39,594 nucleotides of DNA from positions 1 to 39,594 of the IMG/VR virus record IMGVR_UViG_3300012952_000007; one strand, given 5' to 3'. Position 1 is the stretch's first letter, and every line of letters begins with the position of its first letter. The position numbers and the translations under genes were made by a program. Under the pieces are notes generated by a model. It saw only the letters and a list, made by a program, of their open reading frames with translations, was not told the DNA's origin and made no database searches. Shown here one piece after another: positions 35,352 to 39,594 of this stretch. This DNA comes from a virus. Taxonomy: Duplodnaviria > Caudoviricetes.

Positions 35352-35810
35352 ATGAGTCAATCTACCACTGCCATTGCCGTAAGGCCTTTAGTTGCTAACA
35401 GAATTAGATTAGCATCAGTTAGGCTCGGTTGTACACAAGAAGCGTTAGCGACCTTTGCTGGCGAAATGATTATTGGAAACCTTAGACGGCATGTTGGGGA
35501 TGATAGATACACATTATGGAAAGGCAGTACACGTGTTAAACGTGAAGCTGCAAAGAACCTTGAATACGTTAAGTTACGGTCTGGAACTGCCAACAGGGTT
35601 AGGGAATGGGCTGCGGTATTACAGCTTCCCAGTGGGGTCTTGTTTGATGCTTGCCTAGATATTATATCTGCCCAGTTGCTTCGAGATCAAATGAAGCCCC
35701 TTAGTGCTACAAGAGGTAGCCTAGTTACTGGGTTTTGGCCACATGTGATTAAAGAGGCTATACGTAAGACAGTCCAAAGGGACATTGAATGGAGGAGAGA
35801 TAATGAGTGA
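35352..35810 (+). CDS. Putative DNA-binding protein (tandem ribbon-helix-helix-like)
   Basis: Two similar strand-helix-helix units (IAVRPLVANRIRLAS; VKLRSGTANRVREWA). Confidence 0.55.
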   Translation: MSQSTTAIAVRPLVANRIRLASVRLGCTQEALATFAGEMIIGNLRRHVGDDRYTLWKGSTRVKREAAKNLEYVKLRSGTANRVREWAAVLQLPSGVLFDACLDIISAQLLRDQMKPLSATRGSLVTGFWPHVIKEAIRKTVQRDIEWRRDNE

Positions 35811-36153
35811 TATATTACAAGGCTTAAAGCTACCTACCCAGGAAGCTGTTAATGTGCAGGAGTCTAACCTGACTGACCCATTTCCTGGGTGGAAACCTAC
35901 GCCATTGGGTAAGAACATTATCTGCATGCCAGAGGAGAAGAAGGACTTAAAGGTGGGTAACATCATACTTCCATCTAACCAGAACTCTAAGGCATTGAAA
36001 ATGTTCAAGGTTCTTTATGTAGGTACTGAGTGTGAGCGTATAGAGGTAGGCGACATTATCGCATGCTCTCCATATTCAGTTGATAGAATTGGTGGTCATT
36101 ATGTAGTCCTCAAGGAGGATATGGTTATGGTGAAGCTTGAAAATTGTAGTTAA
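35803..36153 (+). CDS. groES: Co-chaperonin GroES-like protein
   Basis: PLGKNII...GNIILP...VLYVG...IEVGD.I...YVVLKEDMV; GGAGG SD. Confidence 0.85.
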   Translation: MSDILQGLKLPTQEAVNVQESNLTDPFPGWKPTPLGKNIICMPEEKKDLKVGNIILPSNQNSKALKMFKVLYVGTECERIEVGDIIACSPYSVDRIGGHYVVLKEDMVMVKLENCS

Positions 36154-36526
36154 TATACCGGATGAGATACCGGACGATTATGAAGATATACTAGCCCTGA
36201 TTACGCACTTTAGCGATGTTGTGTTTGCTAAGGCCTATAAAGAGATATTAGGTGAGTCTGCGTTTATGATAGGCGGGGAAGTCCCTCGTTCTAGGCGTGC
36301 AGCATTAGGCTTGCTTATGGGCCAGTTGTCTATGTTAGGATGGGACTTGATAGAGTCTAACCCTCTTAAGGATGATGAGGGCAAGGAGGGGGTCTATTGG
36401 AACGTTGTCATTGCCAACAAGATTGCTGGTAAAGACATTGTGAGTATAGGCCCATGTGAGTTATCTGCATTGTCTCAAGCAGTAGGGATATTGCGAGACA
36501 GAGAAAAACAAAGGATTATGATATGA
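36137..36526 (+). CDS. Hypothetical protein
   Basis: 129 aa, overlapping neighbours in the + island. Confidence 0.7.
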   Translation: MKIVVNIPDEIPDDYEDILALITHFSDVVFAKAYKEILGESAFMIGGEVPRSRRAALGLLMGQLSMLGWDLIESNPLKDDEGKEGVYWNVVIANKIAGKDIVSIGPCELSALSQAVGILRDREKQRIMI

Positions 36527-36711
36527 GAGTATTAGCATTGTTAGTTTTACTTAGCGTGGGTTGCGCTAAGGAGGTCATAGTAAAGAAGGATACCACCATG
36601 AAGGTAAAGACTTCTGCGCCTCATAAGATCACTGTTATATCTGACGGTGAGATTGTATTTACCCAAAAAGGGCCTATGCCTCTCAAGCTCGAGGGTCTAG
36701 AATGCAAGTAG
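36523..36711 (+). CDS. Small lipoprotein
   Basis: MRVLALLVLLSVG-C signal peptide and lipobox. Confidence 0.7.
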   Translation: MRVLALLVLLSVGCAKEVIVKKDTTMKVKTSAPHKITVISDGEIVFTQKGPMPLKLEGLECK

Positions 36712-36899
36712 ATACATTTATTGAAGAGAGTATAGAGGCAGGTATGGACGCTATGTTTGAGGAAGATGGGGACGTTAAGACCATTGCCATGAATGTAGCT
36801 TATGCTGCTATAAAATACTTTATTGAGCAGGGGTTTATTACCCGTGTAGATCAAACGGTTGAATCAAGTGCATCTGCTACCTTATCTATCCAAGACTGA
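36702..36899 (+). CDS. Small acidic hypothetical protein
   Basis: 65 aa, GAGG SD, overlaps upstream stop. Confidence 0.55.
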   Translation: MQVDTFIEESIEAGMDAMFEEDGDVKTIAMNVAYAAIKYFIEQGFITRVDQTVESSASATLSIQD

Positions 36900-37363
36900 T
36901 CTAAAGGTCCATTCCTTGCTATCCCTAGCGAATCACATAGGGTCTGGATTTGGTCGTCCAAAGCATCTCTCTCTTGCATTAGCGACTTTAATACTCGTTT
37001 TGTACCATCTAACTCCTGCTTAACCATTGAGTGCAATAGCCAGGGGTCTTCCTCTATTTCTGTCTCTGGGTCCACAGAGGTTATTCCTAGCTTGTTAGAG
37101 CTAGACTTCTTGAACTTCCAGTAAGCAGTAACACTTAGATCACTCAGGGCGAATATCTTAGCAGTCTCTGCCATGAACATTGGCACCCTTATGCCAGACT
37201 CCTTGTGTATCCACTCAGAATGAAAGGAGGAGCGAGTCAAGAACATGTGGTCATAGATCAATGTACCCTTGAACGGGGTATTATCAATCTTCTGTATCCT
37301 CGAACCCGCTCTCTTCCTTCCGTCTACCACTCGTTGTGTTGATAGGTCTATTAGGATCTTCAT
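36851..37363 (-). CDS. Conserved phage hypothetical protein
   Basis: DN.PF.GTL...RSS...W...PMFM...W.F.K...GI pattern plus C-terminal coiled coil. Confidence 0.7.
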   Translation of the reverse strand: MKILIDLSTQRVVDGRKRAGSRIQKIDNTPFKGTLIYDHMFLTRSSFHSEWIHKESGIRVPMFMAETAKIFALSDLSVTAYWKFKKSSSNKLGITSVDPETEIEEDPWLLHSMVKQELDGTKRVLKSLMQERDALDDQIQTLCDSLGIARNGPLDQSWIDKVADALDSTV

Positions 37364-37532
37364 ATAAAGTAGTTAAGCTGTTAGCAGCATTCCTCATTAG
37401 CCCTATTGCGGCTTGGTTGATTGCAGGGTCTTTATACGTGAATAACGCTATTACACCCTCAAGCTCATTATCGTTATTATAGTACAGATATTCCTTGTAG
37501 CCTATCCCGCTTTGCGGAAGTTTCTCTGCCAT
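37284..37532 (-). CDS. Hypothetical protein
   Basis: 82 aa, GGAG SD, overlaps both neighbours. Confidence 0.5.
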   Translation of the reverse strand: MAEKLPQSGIGYKEYLYYNNDNELEGVIALFTYKDPAINQAAIGLMRNAANSLTTLYEDPNRPINTTSGRRKEESGFEDTED

Positions 37533-38082
37533 TAATGTATCTCCATAACGCCCTATGACGCTTGTTATACTTTAAGGTGGTTCTAGTAAACGCTGCATGC
37601 TTTACACACCTACCTCGCTTCTTCTTAATGCAGCACCTTATTCCGCAATTATATATAACAGCCTCATGCCCTGGCCAACGCTTTCTGTATTTATTAAAGA
37701 TCCAGGCAGCTACTCGTGCGTTTAAATAAGGTTCTAGAAGATCTTTCCGCTTACATATATGAGTACGACTATTACGAATACTTCTACATGGGGAGGTCTT
37801 CCCCCGAATATAGGGGTAGTGTATTTGGCCAAGTCCGTATGCCTTACCTGCATCTCCAATGGCTTTAGGCTTGTATCCTGACTCGACGCCGAATACTGCC
37901 AATAACCATACAGGAGATATATTATATTCCTGACCTGCTTTAACCGATGCTTTAACCACATGCTCTACATTTCGCTTAGTATGCTGCTGAACTGCCTCTA
38001 CTAAGACTTCCTCCTGTATAGCTACATACGCTGGTACAGGTGGTGCTGTAAGCATTAAACTTACTGCTGCATAGAATACCAT
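37477..38082 (-). CDS. Lytic transglycosylase (SLT) with N-terminal signal/anchor
   Basis: LLAVFGVES.Y.P.AIG...AYGLGQI, LLEPYLN, YN motifs. Confidence 0.88.
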   Translation of the reverse strand: MVFYAAVSLMLTAPPVPAYVAIQEEVLVEAVQQHTKRNVEHVVKASVKAGQEYNISPVWLLAVFGVESGYKPKAIGDAGKAYGLGQIHYPYIRGKTSPCRSIRNSRTHICKRKDLLEPYLNARVAAWIFNKYRKRWPGHEAVIYNCGIRCCIKKKRGRCVKHAAFTRTTLKYNKRHRALWRYINGRETSAKRDRLQGISVL

Positions 38083-38408
38083 TTGTTTCCTTCCTTTCTT
38101 ATATAACCCTCTCGCTCAAGCTTAACCAGACGGTCTCTTACGCTGGAGTAAGCCATATTAAGCTCCTCTGCCAACTCGCGAGTGGTATGGTCTTTGACCG
38201 CATTTACTATTTCATATGCTGGAACCCAAGTAGCATGAGAGAACCAATTCATCAATGCAATATTTACAGCGTTCTCATTGCTAGGTTCTCCCGCGTACTC
38301 TAAACGTCGCTTAGTGCCTATCGGACACTTGTAGCATAAACTCTTCCTTAGACCCATTGCACATACCCTTGTGTACTTATCTATGCAACTAGTCTCACAT
38401 TCTGGCAT
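38061..38408 (-). CDS. Cys-rich plus winged-HTH transcriptional regulator
   Basis: TTRELAEELNMAYSSVRDRLVKLEREGYI; N-terminal Cys cluster. Confidence 0.75.
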   Translation of the reverse strand: MPECETSCIDKYTRVCAMGLRKSLCYKCPIGTKRRLEYAGEPSNENAVNIALMNWFSHATWVPAYEIVNAVKDHTTRELAEELNMAYSSVRDRLVKLEREGYIRKEGNKWYSMQQ

Positions 38409-38749
38409 TTTGCCTCTAACTCTCTGTAGTTTCGATATACCCATGATGGTGAAAATCTATCCCTAAGTTTACCTGTTTTAGTCTCATGAAACCTAACTCT
38501 CTTAGCATAGTCTACTACCCTCTTTACCTCCTCTACGCCATACCTATCTACAAGTACCGCGTATTTATCTATCCAAGACGATGGGTAACGCTTAGAGCGA
38601 ACCCTGCGAAAATTGGCTATAATGACCTCTGCCTCTGCCCAGACTCGGGTTATACCTAGTATCCTGCGAACCTCAGTCCTCGAGATCCCGCAAACCCTCG
38701 AAATTGCAGCAGTTGTCAGCCCCTGTTGGAAAAGAATATTAACATCCAT
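38381..38749 (-). CDS. HTH protein with replication-initiator-like C-terminus
   Basis: N-terminal HTH (GLTTAAISRVCGISRTEVRRIL); YGVEEVKRVVDYAK...FSPSWVYRNY resembles phage initiator C-termini; adjacent to DnaA boxes. Confidence 0.5.
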   Translation of the reverse strand: MDVNILFQQGLTTAAISRVCGISRTEVRRILGITRVWAEAEVIIANFRRVRSKRYPSSWIDKYAVLVDRYGVEEVKRVVDYAKRVRFHETKTGKLRDRFSPSWVYRNYRELEAKCQNVRLVA

Positions 38750-38836
38750 AGCCCCGATTCTCAACCGACTAATGAGGCATGGCAAATTAATCACCTGACT
38801 TTTTTACACTGGTCCCAAATCATTCAGGTTTCTGCC

Positions 38837-38856
38837 TGTGGACAAACTGTGGATAA
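38837..38856. promoter_or_regulatory. Tandem DnaA boxes (putative replication origin)
   Basis: TGTGGACAA (38837-38845, 1 mismatch) and TGTGGATAA (38848-38856, perfect TTATCCACA) in intergenic DNA. Confidence 0.65.
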
Positions 38857-39093
38857 ATCCTCGCCTCTCCCCCTGCCCTTTTTTCTCCCCCCCATACCCC
38901 CCCTCTAATAACCCTGACCCCCTCTCCACACCTTCAATAACAAAACCTTGCAGATTGTGGGAATAAGACGCTAATATCACTGGCGTCAGGTTTCATCACT
39001 ATTCAAATGGCTCTAAAACGAGCAGAAAGGCCCCTAGGATGAAAGGAACATACCGCACCCTACCCCTCGTTAGGCTAAGGGATCTTTGAGACC

Positions 39094-39429
39094 GTGAAGG
39101 ACACTTATCTCAAATATCTGGTTGGTCATGCTGCTCCGAGGTTTCTGATGGCTCTGAACGACAAAAAAATAGACAGACGTAATAAGCTGCGAGTAACAGT
39201 GTATGGTAACAAAGAAGACTTGCTACTACTAAAGCTACTAGCTAAGGCTCATAGGACTAGTCAGGGAGATCTGCTCAGTAGGGTATGGAGCCTATTCTGT
39301 AGGACGCTTAGAACTAGTAGGAACCCTGCTACTGGTGAACCTATACTCTGGGAGGCAGCTAAATATGGACCTATCCCTTCTGAGCTACAGGAGTACTTAG
39401 GCGAAGCTGAGAGGCTCTTGAAAAAGTAG
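39094..39429 (+). CDS. Ribbon-helix-helix-like regulator
   Basis: KLRVTVYGNKEDLLLLKLLAKAHRTSQGDLLSRVW pattern; start position uncertain. Confidence 0.55.
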   Translation: MKDTYLKYLVGHAAPRFLMALNDKKIDRRNKLRVTVYGNKEDLLLLKLLAKAHRTSQGDLLSRVWSLFCRTLRTSRNPATGEPILWEAAKYGPIPSELQEYLGEAERLLKK

Positions 39430-39471
39430 GTATTTTTGGTGTATGTGTTTCATGATACACATATTCCCGCC

Positions 39472-39594
39472 CCCGGCTAGCGCTCCTGGGTACTCCCCCT
39501 TCCCCAGTTTCTGACAATGAACACCGTTCACTTAATGGGCGCTTGTCGCTAGATGAAGGCCATTCATTAGTGAAAGTTTACATAATGCCTATTA
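39472..39594. repeat. Terminal direct repeat, right copy
   Basis: Identical to 1-123. Confidence 0.95.

Noticed and set aside
962-39429. Stop-codon reassignment (TAG is frequent)
   Set aside because: Core genes are full length under the standard code, TAG stops sit at gene boundaries, and no suppressor tRNA was seen.

Overview
The window looks like one complete, roughly 39.5 kb genome of a tailed dsDNA phage with a podovirus-like gene set. Bases 1-123 are repeated exactly at 39472-39594. Layout: (i) a non-coding end carrying a dif-like XerC/D site, a sigma70-type promoter, an rrn-like boxB/boxA and a ~480-nt hairpin-rich leader; (ii) a + strand early cluster of small ORFs (962-7183) separated by G-U-rich hairpins, many with an AAGGGGT Shine-Dalgarno (SD); (iii) one long - strand unit (35340 to 7089): terminase, portal, scaffold, capsid, beta-helix proteins, adaptor, tail nozzle, ejection proteins including a 2307-aa protein, amidase, holin, then PD-(D/E)XK nuclease, Sak4-like ATPase, SSB and resolvase; (iv) a + strand island with GroES; (v) a - strand cluster with a lytic transglycosylase and a putative replication protein next to DnaA boxes. 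I recognised no DNA polymerase, helicase, primase, RNA polymerase, integrase, tRNA or CRISPR array. Most notable: a tail-nozzle gene whose C-terminus appears fused to a downstream beta-helix protein; a late-strand RNA element whose loop is complementary to the early-gene SD; and the dif site plus DnaA boxes, suggesting host-driven replication and resolution. All calls come from reading motifs by eye; no searches were run.
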